From an uncultured virus (IMG/VR IMGVR_UViG_3300044950_001783) (Duplodnaviria; Heunggongvirae; Uroviricota; Caudoviricetes), in IMG/VR virus record IMGVR_UViG_3300044950_001783: a stretch of 64,000 nucleotides of DNA; one strand, written 5' to 3'. Position 1 is the stretch's first letter. Every line of letters begins with the position of its first letter. Under the pieces are notes generated by a model that made no database searches, was not told the origin of the DNA, and worked only from the letters and a program-made list of their open reading frames with translations. Positions 32,994 to 42,858 of the stretch are shown piece by piece. The position numbers and the translations under genes were made by a program.

Positions 32994-34000
32994 GCACTCT
33001 CCCCATGAATCGCCAGGGAGGCGAAGTCATTGGCCAGGCTGAAGGTGCCAGCGGGCACCTGGCGGCGGTACCAGATCGGAATCGCCGCCGGATGCGTGTC
33101 GAAATGCATGCCCTCGCTAGCCTGGAATGTGCCACTCCATCCCGCCGCCTTGAGCGTGAAATACGGCGTGCTGGTGGCCGGGTTCACTGGCGCAAAGTCG
33201 GCGCTGGTCGTGCCCGAGGCGGGTAGCGCGCCCACCGTGTTGCCCGACACGTTGAAGCTGTTGGCACCAGCGAAGCTCAGGGTCCAGGTCTGCTCGATGG
33301 CTCCCTTGTTGTGCGCGACGAGATTGCCGACCGTGGCCGAATCGAATAGGCCGGCGGCGCTGGTGAGCGCCAGATTCGACCAGGCGCCAGCAACACTGGC
33401 CTGCTGATAAACCGCGCTCACCAGGGAGGGTTGGATCGCGTAGGCATTCACCAGCGCCGGCGTGAAATCCAGGGTGGCGAAATCTGCCCCATAGGTGACA
33501 CCAGACAGCGTCACCCATTCCTCATTGCCCGCGCCGCCCGTACTTGGGCGGTCGGACACGCGAACGAGGTCGCCAACCCGGAACGGCTGCAGGCTGGCGT
33601 ATTCGGCGTTGTGTTCACAGACGACGTTGATTTGAGTCGCGCCGCCTGCCACGGGCGCGAACAGCGTCCCGATGCCATAGGTGCGGCCCGCGATCTGGTC
33701 CTGGGTGTCGGTGGCCGTGCCAAGTTGGAACACCACGAAGTCGCCTGCAGGTGTCGGCGCATCGATGAACAATCGCACATTCAAGAGGGCTGCGTCCTGC
33801 GCGCTGTTGATGTGGATGAAGGCCTTGCGCCATTTCACCGATCCCGCGCCGCGTTCCGATTGCGAAACGTCCGGGAAGAGATTGTTTTTCACGCCGGAGA
33901 CCAGTTGGGCGAAGGCCATGCGGCCGCCGTTCTGCGCGGGTGTTGCGTCCGACTGCAAGGTGGCGGACCGCCAGAGGATTTCGTTGTCGAGGATGGGCAT
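32990..34000 (-). CDS. Putative tail structural protein
   Basis: 336 aa; GVKNNLFPDVSQSER...WRKAF; tail operon position. Confidence 0.7.
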   Translation of the reverse strand: MPILDNEILWRSATLQSDATPAQNGGRMAFAQLVSGVKNNLFPDVSQSERGAGSVKWRKAFIHINSAQDAALLNVRLFIDAPTPAGDFVVFQLGTATDTQDQIAGRTYGIGTLFAPVAGGATQINVVCEHNAEYASLQPFRVGDLVRVSDRPSTGGAGNEEWVTLSGVTYGADFATLDFTPALVNAYAIQPSLVSAVYQQASVAGAWSNLALTSAAGLFDSATVGNLVAHNKGAIEQTWTLSFAGANSFNVSGNTVGALPASGTTSADFAPVNPATSTPYFTLKAAGWSGTFQASEGMHFDTHPAAIPIWYRRQVPAGTFSLANDFASLAIHGESA

Positions 34001-34008
34001 CGGGATTC

Positions 34009-34389
34009 CTACACAGTCATGAGTTTCAGGGTGGCGAGGTAAAAATCGCCGGGCTGGGGGTTGGCCAGGTTGAACAAGGGCTTCGCCTCGAAGGCGGGCG
34101 GCTCGTGGTGGCGGAACAGGATCTGGAAGGCCTGGCCGCGTAGTTCGAGGGTGAAGGTGCCGCCCGGACTGTTGGCCAGCAGGGACAACGCCTCCACCTG
34201 AGCGCGCGTAAGCCAGCCAGCGTCCGGTTCCGACTCCAGGGTGATCGGCAGGCCGCCGCTGTGCTGGCCATAGAACACCACCACTGAGCCATCCAGGGTG
34301 CGGCGCACGGTCTGTGCCACCGACTGGGCGGCAAATTCATCGGTCCACACCAGCCCATCCGGTAGAACCACGGTATCGAGTCGGATCAT
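34009..34389 (-). CDS. Putative distal tail protein
   Basis: 126 aa; LPDGLVWTDEF...RTLDGS...PITL. Confidence 0.65.
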   Translation of the reverse strand: MIRLDTVVLPDGLVWTDEFAAQSVAQTVRRTLDGSVVVFYGQHSGGLPITLESEPDAGWLTRAQVEALSLLANSPGGTFTLELRGQAFQILFRHHEPPAFEAKPLFNLANPQPGDFYLATLKLMTV

Positions 34390-36206
34390 GGCGTGATCGT
34401 CCGTGTGTGGATGACCGGACTGCCCGGTACGAGCAGGTAGTCGAAGTCGGTGCCCGCCGCATTGCGACGCCGGTTGACGGCCTCGTAGTTGAGTTTGAGT
34501 TCGACGTTCACCGTTGGTGGTGCGTTGCTGGGCAGACTCAGCGTGAAGATGCGTGGTACGTCAATGTCGCCTGGCACGCACATAATCTGCTGGGTTTGCA
34601 CCGTGCCGTTCGGCCAGGTCACGCGGATATGGCCCCACAGGCATTCGAAGGCATCGCAAGGTGCGGCGTAGTCCACCACGCGCAAGGTCAAGTTGTGCGT
34701 CCATCTCCAAGGCACCACCACCGGCCCGCCCGGCCAGTGGACGTGTTGGGTCGTTGTCCACGCATCGATGGCTACCTTGGCCTGGCTGTCGCGATCCGGC
34801 AGGAAGGCATCGCAGCCGTTCCAGGACACCGGCAGGCGCAGGATGACGTGCGGAAACCAACCCTGGGGTGGGTAGCCCACATCGACGCCGCCCAGCGGGA
34901 TGAAGCGGATATCGACGTTCCCGTCCCAGTGGTAGACATTCCGTTGCAGGGTCAGGCGCAACTTGATCGATTCCACGACTTCTGTGAATGGATTCGGGGC
35001 GCTGGGTGCGACCGACACGCTGATGACGCCGTCAGACTGGAAGATGTTGAAGTCCTGGATATTGTCCGGGGCGAGTTCCACCTTGCCGACCAAGCATTCG
35101 GGCAGGGCCACGACCACTTCCTGCATCACGCCCAGCGTTGCCGGCCCCACCACGATCTCGGGCAGCACCTGATGTGGCGTACCGGGACTGTTGAAGATGC
35201 GGTGCCGGGCGACGATGGGGCGCGAATCGATGGTGCCGACGTGGTTGATCGATAGCGTGATCGTGTCCAGCGCCTCGCCGCTGCCGGCTCGGATGCGCAC
35301 CAGGGTGATTGCGGTGGGTAGCGCCCGGAAGATCAAATCCTCGAGACAACCTGATGGCACCAGAGCCCAGTTAAAAAGCGGCGGCGGCGACGTCCACCAG
35401 GAACAGCCGAGGTAATAACAATAAAAGTCGGTGTACGCCGCTGAGTTGGCAACACTCGGGCTTAAAGCCGACCAGGAATCCAGGACCGCGCCGTTGTTCG
35501 CCCACTCGGCGGTGATTTCGAGGCGGATGGATGCCACTTCCAGTTCGGTCTGCAGATCGTCGTAGACCTGAACCTGGGCCGGGATCGGCAGGAAACTGTG
35601 GCCGGTGATACGCACCGCGCCCTGCACGCCCTCGGAGGTGAGTTGCAGATCCCGCAACGACAACGGATTGGCCGGATTCAGCAGACCGTTCACCGGCTGC
35701 ATCGCCTGCTCCAAAGCATCCAGGTCATAGGTAGCACCCGTCCCCTTCCAGAAGACTGAGCGCGGCACGCTGACCGGCGGTGCATTTGGGTCGACAGGAA
35801 AGCTGGGGTGATCAGGATCGAACGGATCGCAAGGCGGCGGCGTCCCGCCTGTCGGAGTGAAATGCACGTTGACCTGAGTCGACAGCGCCACGGCAGGCTG
35901 ACTTTCGCTAATGGTCGTCCGCGCATCGAGTTTCGAGGTCACGCGCAGCTGGAGGCCGCTTGGCTTTTGCGTGTCGGTCACGCCGCCTTGCAGGCAATCT
36001 TCGTATTCACGTTCAGCCGTCTCCAGCGCCGCCCGGTAGGGTTCCTCCCATTTGGCGATGAACCAGTTGCGCGCGTAGTCGGTCATCTGGCCGCCGTGTT
36101 GGTTCAGGTAGCCAGGAATCCACTCGAAACCGGGCGGCGTGCAGGCTTGCGGATGCGGTTCGCGCCGGATACAGGTTTTAAGGGGGATGCGCACGCGTGC
36201 GTCCAT
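34386..36206 (-). CDS. Large hypothetical protein directly after the tape measure gene
   Basis: 606-aa ORF with TAATG and ATGA overlaps; Pro/Trp/Cys-rich; no recognised family. Confidence 0.7.
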   Translation of the reverse strand: MDARVRIPLKTCIRREPHPQACTPPGFEWIPGYLNQHGGQMTDYARNWFIAKWEEPYRAALETAEREYEDCLQGGVTDTQKPSGLQLRVTSKLDARTTISESQPAVALSTQVNVHFTPTGGTPPPCDPFDPDHPSFPVDPNAPPVSVPRSVFWKGTGATYDLDALEQAMQPVNGLLNPANPLSLRDLQLTSEGVQGAVRITGHSFLPIPAQVQVYDDLQTELEVASIRLEITAEWANNGAVLDSWSALSPSVANSAAYTDFYCYYLGCSWWTSPPPLFNWALVPSGCLEDLIFRALPTAITLVRIRAGSGEALDTITLSINHVGTIDSRPIVARHRIFNSPGTPHQVLPEIVVGPATLGVMQEVVVALPECLVGKVELAPDNIQDFNIFQSDGVISVSVAPSAPNPFTEVVESIKLRLTLQRNVYHWDGNVDIRFIPLGGVDVGYPPQGWFPHVILRLPVSWNGCDAFLPDRDSQAKVAIDAWTTTQHVHWPGGPVVVPWRWTHNLTLRVVDYAAPCDAFECLWGHIRVTWPNGTVQTQQIMCVPGDIDVPRIFTLSLPSNAPPTVNVELKLNYEAVNRRRNAAGTDFDYLLVPGSPVIHTRTITP

Positions 36207-39166
36207 TACGCCCCCCGCGACAATTCACGCAGCGCACTCGCCAGTTGCATCGCGGTCTCGCGCGAGGACTGCACGGTGTGCGGCTTGCCGCCAACGTGGA
36301 AGCGCAGGTCGACCACGTCGCGGGTGGGTGTGGAATTCGAGCCATTCCCCATCGTTGCCTGGACCACGGCATTGGCCACCGCGCCACCGGCGGCGAAGCG
36401 CGGCACTTGCGGAACAAAGCCGGCATTGAGCGCCGCGAAGAAGCCTTCGCCGAACTTGCGCACTGAGGCCGCACGCACCACGAATTCGCCGTGCGACAGC
36501 AGCGCCGGCACAGAGTCAGAGGTTTCCGTGCCCGCGCCAAAGATGCGCCCGGACATCCGTTTGAATCCTTCCGCGATGGCCTGGCCCCCTTCGGCAAACC
36601 GCTGGATCAGGCCGCCCTGGGCGTTGGTGGCCACCTTCGTCACATAGATGGTGTGGCGGCTCGAAGTGGGACGCATCAGTTCCGCCACCGCTGCGCGGTA
36701 AGCCACAAGATCAGGCAGCGGGGTGTGCATCGCCGTCGTCGGGTTGGATAACACCGTGCGCGCATCCTGGGCGAAAGACGCCAACTGCGCCCGGGGCTGG
36801 TCGAAGGACACCAGGGCCGGGATCTCCACCTTGGCTGCCGAAAGCATGCCCTTCAACGTGTCGATGTCGGTCATCACCTTCGTGGTGTCGGCCTCGACCT
36901 TTGCGACCAGCGCCAAGTTGCCGGTGTCGGTTTTTAACTTTTCCAGAGCGGCTTCGGCTTCTTTGGTGTCAGCCTGAATCCTGGCGATCAACTGCTGGGC
37001 GTCGGTCAGCGCTTTCAGTTTCTCGATGCCGGCTCGCGCGCCCTCGATGTCGACCTCGAGTTTCAGCTTGTCCTGGGAGAGGAGTTGCTGGCGCAGTTTG
37101 CCGAGTTCGTCGGAGACCGAGGCCAGGGCGCGCTTGGCTTCATCGGCACCGACCCCAGCCGCCGTGGCCGCCTGCTTATGGGCATCACCCAGCCCCTTCA
37201 GCGCCGCGTCGGCGATGCCGGCGGATTCCTTGATCTGGCCGATGGCGGTGGCGGCGGCCTGGCCCTCAGACACCATTGTCTGGGTGACCGTCTTGCCATT
37301 CTGCTCGACTTGCTGGGTGACAGCGGATGCCGAACGCTCGGCCAGGGCAATGGCTTCTTCGGCGAGTTTCCGCGCCTGCTCATAGTTGCCCGCATCCAAG
37401 GCTGCCTTGGCTTGGGCCTGTTTCTCGTCGATCTGGCGCAGCCGGTCCTGGTAGGCGGCGTAGTCGTCCAGGCCCTTGCGGCTGAGTTCGCGGATGCGAT
37501 CCTCGACCGAGAGCTTCAGATTGAGCCGCGCTTCCTCAGCGGCCTTGGCGGCATTGAGATGCCGTTGTTCCTCGGCGATCAGCCGGTCGACCGTGGCGCG
37601 ATAGGCCGATTCCAGTTGGCCGTATAGGGAAACGCGCACCTCCACCGCCTGACGCTCGATAGTTGCCACATCCTGGCCAGCGGCCCGTGCCAGGGCGACG
37701 GCCTGGCCATAGGTCGCCTGCCAGGCGGCTTCCATCTGTTTCGCACCCGCTTCGACAGCGGCGAGCTTCTCGCGCTCGGCGGCCAGCAGATTCTGGGTTG
37801 AACTCTGGATAGCGGCTGACTCGGAACGCGCCGCCGTTTGCGCGGCGGCTTCCTGGCGCTTGTAGTTGCTCTCGACCTCGGCCACGCGGGCGTCCCAGAT
37901 CGATTTGATGTCGGCGGCGACCTGTTTGTAACTGGTGGCCAGTTGCTTGACCGTCTCGGCGGCTTTCTTGGTTTCCGCGTCCAGCGCCTGGCGGATGGCT
38001 TCACCGGCTTGTGTCGCCGCGCCCTGGATGGCGCGCAGTGCGTCCGCCGTGCCAGGCAGTGCTGCTTTCAAGCGTTCAGCCGCCAGGGCAGCCAGCGCCA
38101 TCTGGGTTTTGACGCTCACGGTGCCGGTGGCGGCCAGTTCCTGCAGCGCGGCGTCGAGTTGATCGATCTGCGCCCGCTGCCGGCCCAACTCGTCGATAGC
38201 GCGATTGGTTTCGCGGATGTCCTGTACGGTATTGACGAGTCCTTTGCCCATCTCCCAGACGGCCACCGCCGCCAAGATGGGCAGGAAACGGGTGAATGCG
38301 GCCTTCAACAAGTTGACCGATTCCAGCAGTTTGGCCGCCGCCGCAACCCCCTTGACCGCCAGCACCGCCACCAGGACTTCGCCCAGAGCGCGCATCACGG
38401 CCAGGATCTCATCACCGTGGCTGGCCAACCCCACCAGCGCGTCAGCCAAGCGCTGCAAGGCGGGGAGTGCCGCTTCGGCCACGCGAAGGGCGATGCCGGA
38501 CAGCGCCTGCTTGACCGTGTCGAGCGTGTCGTTGAACTTCTCGGCCGCCTTCGCGGTGTCGCCGCTGATCTCCAGGCCCAGTTCCTTGAACTTCTGCTTG
38601 AGTTCCTCGATGCCGGCACGGCCCTGGTTCAGGAACGGAATCAGCTCGACGCCGGCTTTGCCGAACAACTTCACGGCCAGCGCCGACTTCTCTGCGCCAT
38701 CGGGCATGACGGAGAAGGCGTCGGCCAGATCAAGCAGCACCGCTTCGGTCGGACGAATCTGGCCAGCGGCATCCTTCACCGAAACGCCGAGGCGGCTGAA
38801 GGTTTCAACCTGCTCCTTGGATCCGCCCGCCGCTTCGACCATCGCGGTGGCCAGCTTCTGCATGCCCTTGGCCAGGCCCTCCAGCGAGATGCCGGACTGT
38901 TCGGCGATGGGTTTCAGCAGTGACAGCGACTCGACCGAGATACCGGTCTTCTGAGACAGCTTGGAGAGATCGTCGGCGGTATCGAGCGCGGCCTTGCCGG
39001 CTGCCATCAACCCCGCGACCGACAGTGCCGCACCCAGCCCGGCCAGCATGCCGTTGACCGATTTGGCTGCGGTGGTGATCCCCTCCAGGCCGCTCTTCAC
39101 CGAGGCGAACGCCTGCTTGGTCTGGTCGATGGCAGCAATCAGGATCTGGGCACGTTCAGAGGCCAT
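36206..39166 (-). CDS. Tail tape measure protein
   Basis: 986 aa, Ala-rich and helical; LSKLSQKTGISVESLS, AVKLFGKAG, GTETSDSVPALLSHGEFV. Confidence 0.9.
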   Translation of the reverse strand: MASERAQILIAAIDQTKQAFASVKSGLEGITTAAKSVNGMLAGLGAALSVAGLMAAGKAALDTADDLSKLSQKTGISVESLSLLKPIAEQSGISLEGLAKGMQKLATAMVEAAGGSKEQVETFSRLGVSVKDAAGQIRPTEAVLLDLADAFSVMPDGAEKSALAVKLFGKAGVELIPFLNQGRAGIEELKQKFKELGLEISGDTAKAAEKFNDTLDTVKQALSGIALRVAEAALPALQRLADALVGLASHGDEILAVMRALGEVLVAVLAVKGVAAAAKLLESVNLLKAAFTRFLPILAAVAVWEMGKGLVNTVQDIRETNRAIDELGRQRAQIDQLDAALQELAATGTVSVKTQMALAALAAERLKAALPGTADALRAIQGAATQAGEAIRQALDAETKKAAETVKQLATSYKQVAADIKSIWDARVAEVESNYKRQEAAAQTAARSESAAIQSSTQNLLAAEREKLAAVEAGAKQMEAAWQATYGQAVALARAAGQDVATIERQAVEVRVSLYGQLESAYRATVDRLIAEEQRHLNAAKAAEEARLNLKLSVEDRIRELSRKGLDDYAAYQDRLRQIDEKQAQAKAALDAGNYEQARKLAEEAIALAERSASAVTQQVEQNGKTVTQTMVSEGQAAATAIGQIKESAGIADAALKGLGDAHKQAATAAGVGADEAKRALASVSDELGKLRQQLLSQDKLKLEVDIEGARAGIEKLKALTDAQQLIARIQADTKEAEAALEKLKTDTGNLALVAKVEADTTKVMTDIDTLKGMLSAAKVEIPALVSFDQPRAQLASFAQDARTVLSNPTTAMHTPLPDLVAYRAAVAELMRPTSSRHTIYVTKVATNAQGGLIQRFAEGGQAIAEGFKRMSGRIFGAGTETSDSVPALLSHGEFVVRAASVRKFGEGFFAALNAGFVPQVPRFAAGGAVANAVVQATMGNGSNSTPTRDVVDLRFHVGGKPHTVQSSRETAMQLASALRELSRGA

Positions 39167-39818
39167 GAGTGTTCAGTTGTTGCAGGATGTTCGTTGCCAA
39201 CTTAGGCAATTGCGCGCGCACGATGCCGGGCAGATCGAAGCGCCCGCGCAGGGTCACGCTCGGCACCAGCACGGCAATGGGGATTTCCTGGCCGCGCTTG
39301 ATGGTTTTTGCACCGGTGCGGCTGCGTTCGGCGCGCTTGAAGCGGCGCAACTCGGACGTGTTGTCCTTGATGTTCTCAGCCATCAGGATGACTCGGCCGT
39401 GCCGCTCGATGAAGAAGGCATTGCCGGCGCGCATCAGCCCGTCGATCACACGCTTGAAGGCGCGGCGGCCGATGCGCTGGTGCTCGGGCAACAGCGGGAT
39501 CAGCAGCTTGCCGCGCTTGCCAGTGATCGTGCCGCCCTTCATGTGCAGGCCCAGCCAGGAAATTTTCGAACCGATGAGCAGCGCCGGGAATCGCTCGGGA
39601 CTGCCGGCATAGATCTTGGATCGCATCGACTTCAAAAATCCCGCCTTCTTCACCTTGAACGCGGACTGCATGCGGCTGCGTGCGGCGTCGGCCATTTCGC
39701 GGCCAACAGTTTTCATGGCGGCTTCGACCGCCTTGCGAATCGCCCGGCGCTTCTCCGGCACCCAGCTATCGAGCCGCTTCGGATCGAGCAGGCCGGAAGT
39801 GGTCAGCGACAGCTTCAT
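39156..39818 (-). CDS. Basic phage tail-region protein (DUF6441-like)
   Basis: 220 aa, Lys/Arg-rich; EIPIAVLVPSVTL. Confidence 0.7.
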   Translation of the reverse strand: MKLSLTTSGLLDPKRLDSWVPEKRRAIRKAVEAAMKTVGREMADAARSRMQSAFKVKKAGFLKSMRSKIYAGSPERFPALLIGSKISWLGLHMKGGTITGKRGKLLIPLLPEHQRIGRRAFKRVIDGLMRAGNAFFIERHGRVILMAENIKDNTSELRRFKRAERSRTGAKTIKRGQEIPIAVLVPSVTLRGRFDLPGIVRAQLPKLATNILQQLNTHGL

Positions 39819-40081
39819 GGCTTGAGTTCACGCAGGAGAGATTTGATTTCGCTGTTGCCGCCGCGCTGCGCGGTCACCAGCAGCGCGAACTGGGCGACGA
39901 GTTCCAGGCGTTCGCTGCGTTCGATCGCTTCGATGAACGCGCGCACTTGGGCCACCGTGTAGTTCAGGACTTCGGGGTAGCGGTGGCCGTGCCCGACGAG
40001 GCGTTGGAGAAGCGCGCCCCAATCGTCTCCACCCGGCTCGCCACCCGCGCGAGCACCGGGGCCAGGCGCTGGATAAAAAAA
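39815..40081 (-). CDS. gpT-like -1 frameshift extension of the tail chaperone
   Basis: The -1 frame is open from the slippery site to a stop overlapping the next ATG (DWGALLQRLVGHGHRYPEVLNYTVAQVRAF...). Confidence 0.6.
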   Translation of the reverse strand, partial: FFYPAPGPGARAGGEPGGDDWGALLQRLVGHGHRYPEVLNYTVAQVRAFIEAIERSERLELVAQFALLVTAQRGGNSEIKSLLRELKP

Positions 40082-40374
40082 TCGGCGTTCACTTCGAACA
40101 CCGCCTCGCTCAAACGAATCGCTTCGTCCAGTTCCCGCGCAGCCACCCACTCGCGCGGCTTGCGGATGGCCACGGCCAGGGCGGAGACCAGATCCTCGCC
40201 GCGCTCACCAAACAGGGCGAGCCAGTCCACATCTCCGCTCAGATGCTGAGCGAAGGGGCGGATGGCGCGAATGAAGGTCGGCAATTCTCCGACCTTCAAG
40301 GGGGCGATGGCCAGGGTCTCGCCGGCAATCTCGACGACGACTGGCTCGGGTACAAAGGTGTCCAAGGTCATGGC
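39964..40374 (-). CDS. Tail assembly chaperone (gpG-like)
   Basis: Directly downstream of the major tail gene; contains a slippery T7 run at NADFF. Confidence 0.7.
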   Translation of the reverse strand, partial: AMTLDTFVPEPVVVEIAGETLAIAPLKVGELPTFIRAIRPFAQHLSGDVDWLALFGERGEDLVSALAVAIRKPREWVAARELDEAIRLSEAVFEVNADFFIQRLAPVLARVASRVETIGARFSNASSGTATATPKS

Positions 40375-40376
40375 GT

Positions 40377-41132
40377 TCATCCAATCTGCACGATGCGGCC
40401 GAACTGGCCCAGGACGGCGTCATAGGGCTTGCTGGCATTCGCCAGCAGCGAACCCTCCAGTTCGAACTTGTTGTAGTCGTTGGAGATCAGCGCCAATTCC
40501 TTCAGCGGGTCGAACGCCACCCGATACAGTTCAACCAGCACCCGGGCGTTGCCCGCCGCCGTATTCACGCCCTCGAGGCGCAGGAAGCGTTCCGGCAGCG
40601 GCTGGGTGAAGAGGCCGATCTCGGTCACCACGCCAAAGGCGTAGCTGGCCTTGAAGGGAGCGGTCAGGCCGGTGATGTCCAGAAACTGGACGGCACCGAA
40701 GTCGGTATCCGGCGTGTAATGCGTGCCCAGGGTCAGGGTTGCGGGCGTGGCCGCGCTGTCCTGCAGCACCAGGGTGGAAACCTTAGGGTGCGCCAGGAAG
40801 TAGCGATCGCCAATCACTGGAGCTGTGCCGCCGATCGGTTCGTCGGTGACCGTGCCGTTGCTGCCCAGGACGGAAGTGCCGTAGAGCGCGAGGGCCAGGT
40901 TTTCAGCAGTGAACTCCTCAATGGTCAGGTTCACGCTGGCCGACTTGGACTTCACCATGCGGTGATCGAGCGAGCGCTGGCCGGATTGCGACTCGTAGTG
41001 CTCCAGCACATCGGTCTTGAGGGCAAGTTTCAGTTCTGCCACGTTGCCAGGCGAACGGACTTCAACCGGATTGCCGGCGGCGTCGCGCTTGCCCAGATAG
41101 ACGCGGCCCTGGAAGGATGCATAGGTACTCAT
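40377..41132 (-). CDS. Major tail (tube) protein
   Basis: YASFQGRVYLG...GNVAEL...HYESQSGQR...VELYRVAFDP; GAGGAG RBS. Confidence 0.75.
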   Translation of the reverse strand: MSTYASFQGRVYLGKRDAAGNPVEVRSPGNVAELKLALKTDVLEHYESQSGQRSLDHRMVKSKSASVNLTIEEFTAENLALALYGTSVLGSNGTVTDEPIGGTAPVIGDRYFLAHPKVSTLVLQDSAATPATLTLGTHYTPDTDFGAVQFLDITGLTAPFKASYAFGVVTEIGLFTQPLPERFLRLEGVNTAAGNARVLVELYRVAFDPLKELALISNDYNKFELEGSLLANASKPYDAVLGQFGRIVQIG

Positions 41133-41361
41133 GAAGAAGTCTCCTCAGACGAATTGGAAGGGGTGATTGGTGGTGAGGTGCGGATGGATGACGTCCGTCG
41201 TCGGGCGTGCGGTGGTCTGTCCGGATCGCTGACCAAGACTGGACGCGCGACACCGGAATCCACCAGCCAGCGGGCCAGCGACGTGTCGAGTTCGATGCGG
41301 TCACGCGGCTGGTAGTCGCGACCGGCGTGGGTGTGGGGTATCAGGGTTCAACGAGGGGCAT
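41129..41361 (-). pseudogene. Small virion-gene ORF interrupted by a 1-nt frameshift
   Basis: ATG CCC CTC GTT GAA CCC TGA stops at codon 7. The shifted frame reads LIPHTHAGRDYQPRDRIELDTSLARWLVDSGVARP... to a TGA overlapping the tail gene ATG. Confidence 0.55.
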
Positions 41362-41364
41362 GGC

Positions 41365-41805
41365 TCATCCCTGGCTGGCGAGATCAAAGGCCAATGTGCG
41401 ATAGGTGATCTGGTAGCGGGCGGGGATCAGGGCCGCCGTGGCATCGGCGTCCTCTACGTCCCACTCGCAATCCAGTTCCTTGATGCCCAGACACAGTCCG
41501 CCGAGATTGGCGTTGGCAAACAGCGCCGTGTGCGCCGCAACCAACAACTGGTCAGCGATGTCCTCGGGGGCGACGTCAACCTGCTCCCGAGCCAGGGCGT
41601 CAATGCGCACCACCAGCTGCCGCACGACACGGTCGTTGGACCGTTCCACGATGCTGTCCGACTCGGGAAATACCAGCAGCGCCGGGGACTGCTCACGTGT
41701 GATGCCGGTGGTCGGTGAGCGGTGAAACGTCGCGCCCAGAGATTGGGCGACGGGCAATAGCAGGCCCACCACCGCTTGCATGCAGCGTTCACGGATGGAG
41801 TTCAT
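41365..41805 (-). CDS. Putative tail terminator/completion protein
   Basis: 146 aa, MNSIRE...YQITYRT; position between head and tail genes. Confidence 0.7.
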   Translation of the reverse strand: MNSIRERCMQAVVGLLLPVAQSLGATFHRSPTTGITREQSPALLVFPESDSIVERSNDRVVRQLVVRIDALAREQVDVAPEDIADQLLVAAHTALFANANLGGLCLGIKELDCEWDVEDADATAALIPARYQITYRTLAFDLASQG

Positions 41806-41861
41806 GGTTTCCCTTCAGGGGGTCATAAAATCGGCACATTGCGAACAGGGAGGACGTCCCC

Positions 41862-42476
41862 GTGGTTTATGTCCCGAAGAAAAAGCACCGTTCAAGCCAG
41901 AGCACACCTTGCCTCTACACCTTGAAGATCGAACTCCACCCTGACGTGATGCAGCCGCCCGTATGGCGACGCCTGGTCGTCGACGGTCGGGTGAGCCTCG
42001 CCAAGCTGCACCACTTCATTCAAGCGGCGATGGGCTGGACTGATGCCCACAACCACAGCTTCGAAATTCGCGGCAGGCGCTATGGGCCGCTAAGCACCTC
42101 GGAGATTGCGTGTGAGGACGAACGCAAAACCAAGCTCAACGTCCTTTTCCTGGAGGAAGAGCAGTACATCTATCGCTACGACGATGGTGACGACTGGGAG
42201 CACGTGATCACCGCAGAGTCCTTCGAGGTGGTCGACCACGATCCAGCAGGCGTTGCCTGGGTAATCGATGGCGCGCGCGCCTGCCCGCCCGAGGATGTGG
42301 GCGGTGTCCACGGTTATCACGACTTTCTGGAGACACTGCTTACCCAGCCTCACAGCGACACGGCCCAGGAACTGCTTCTTTGGGTCGGCGGTGAATTCAA
42401 CGCTGAACTGTTCGACCGCCGCGCGGCCAACGCCACTATTCAGCGTTTGATCTGGAACCGATGGGGCGGAAAGTAA
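41862..42476 (+). CDS. pRiA4b ORF-3-family protein (moron)
   Basis: PPVWRRLVV, LHHFIQAAMGW, ACPPEDVGG; GGAGG RBS; opposite strand to the virion genes. Confidence 0.85.
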   Translation: MVYVPKKKHRSSQSTPCLYTLKIELHPDVMQPPVWRRLVVDGRVSLAKLHHFIQAAMGWTDAHNHSFEIRGRRYGPLSTSEIACEDERKTKLNVLFLEEEQYIYRYDDGDDWEHVITAESFEVVDHDPAGVAWVIDGARACPPEDVGGVHGYHDFLETLLTQPHSDTAQELLLWVGGEFNAELFDRRAANATIQRLIWNRWGGK

Positions 42477-42761
42477 CTACAGCCGCGTGAGCGTGGCGCG
42501 GGCCTCGGTGCCATCGCCCGTCACGGTGATTTCCCGCACGCGATAGCTGCGCCCGGAGATCCACAGGGTGTCGCCGGAAGCCAGCGCCGGCAGTCGGCTC
42601 AAGGGATAGCGGATGCTGTAGTTGCGTGAGACACCCAGGCCATCCAACACGTCCTCATCGGGAGCACGGAAGTCGACCATGACTTCCGTACTTCCAAATG
42701 CAGCGCGCGTCAGCATCCCGGACCGGGCCGCTGCGTCATACATGGATTCGATGGCTATCAT
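42477..42761 (-). CDS. Head-tail joining protein
   Basis: 94 aa; ISGRSYRVREI...GDGTEARATL. Confidence 0.7.
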   Translation of the reverse strand: MIAIESMYDAAARSGMLTRAAFGSTEVMVDFRAPDEDVLDGLGVSRNYSIRYPLSRLPALASGDTLWISGRSYRVREITVTGDGTEARATLTRL

Positions 42762-42858
42762 GCGGGCTGCCAGAAAGAATTGGCGCAGAGATTGGATTGA
42801 TTTTGCAATTTGTATCCGTTGTTAATCAATAAGTTAAAAATAACTATTGGAGTGAAAC

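Noticed and set aside
32166..36206. Diversity-generating retroelement target in tail genes
   Set aside because: No reverse transcriptase and no template/variable repeat pair noticed.
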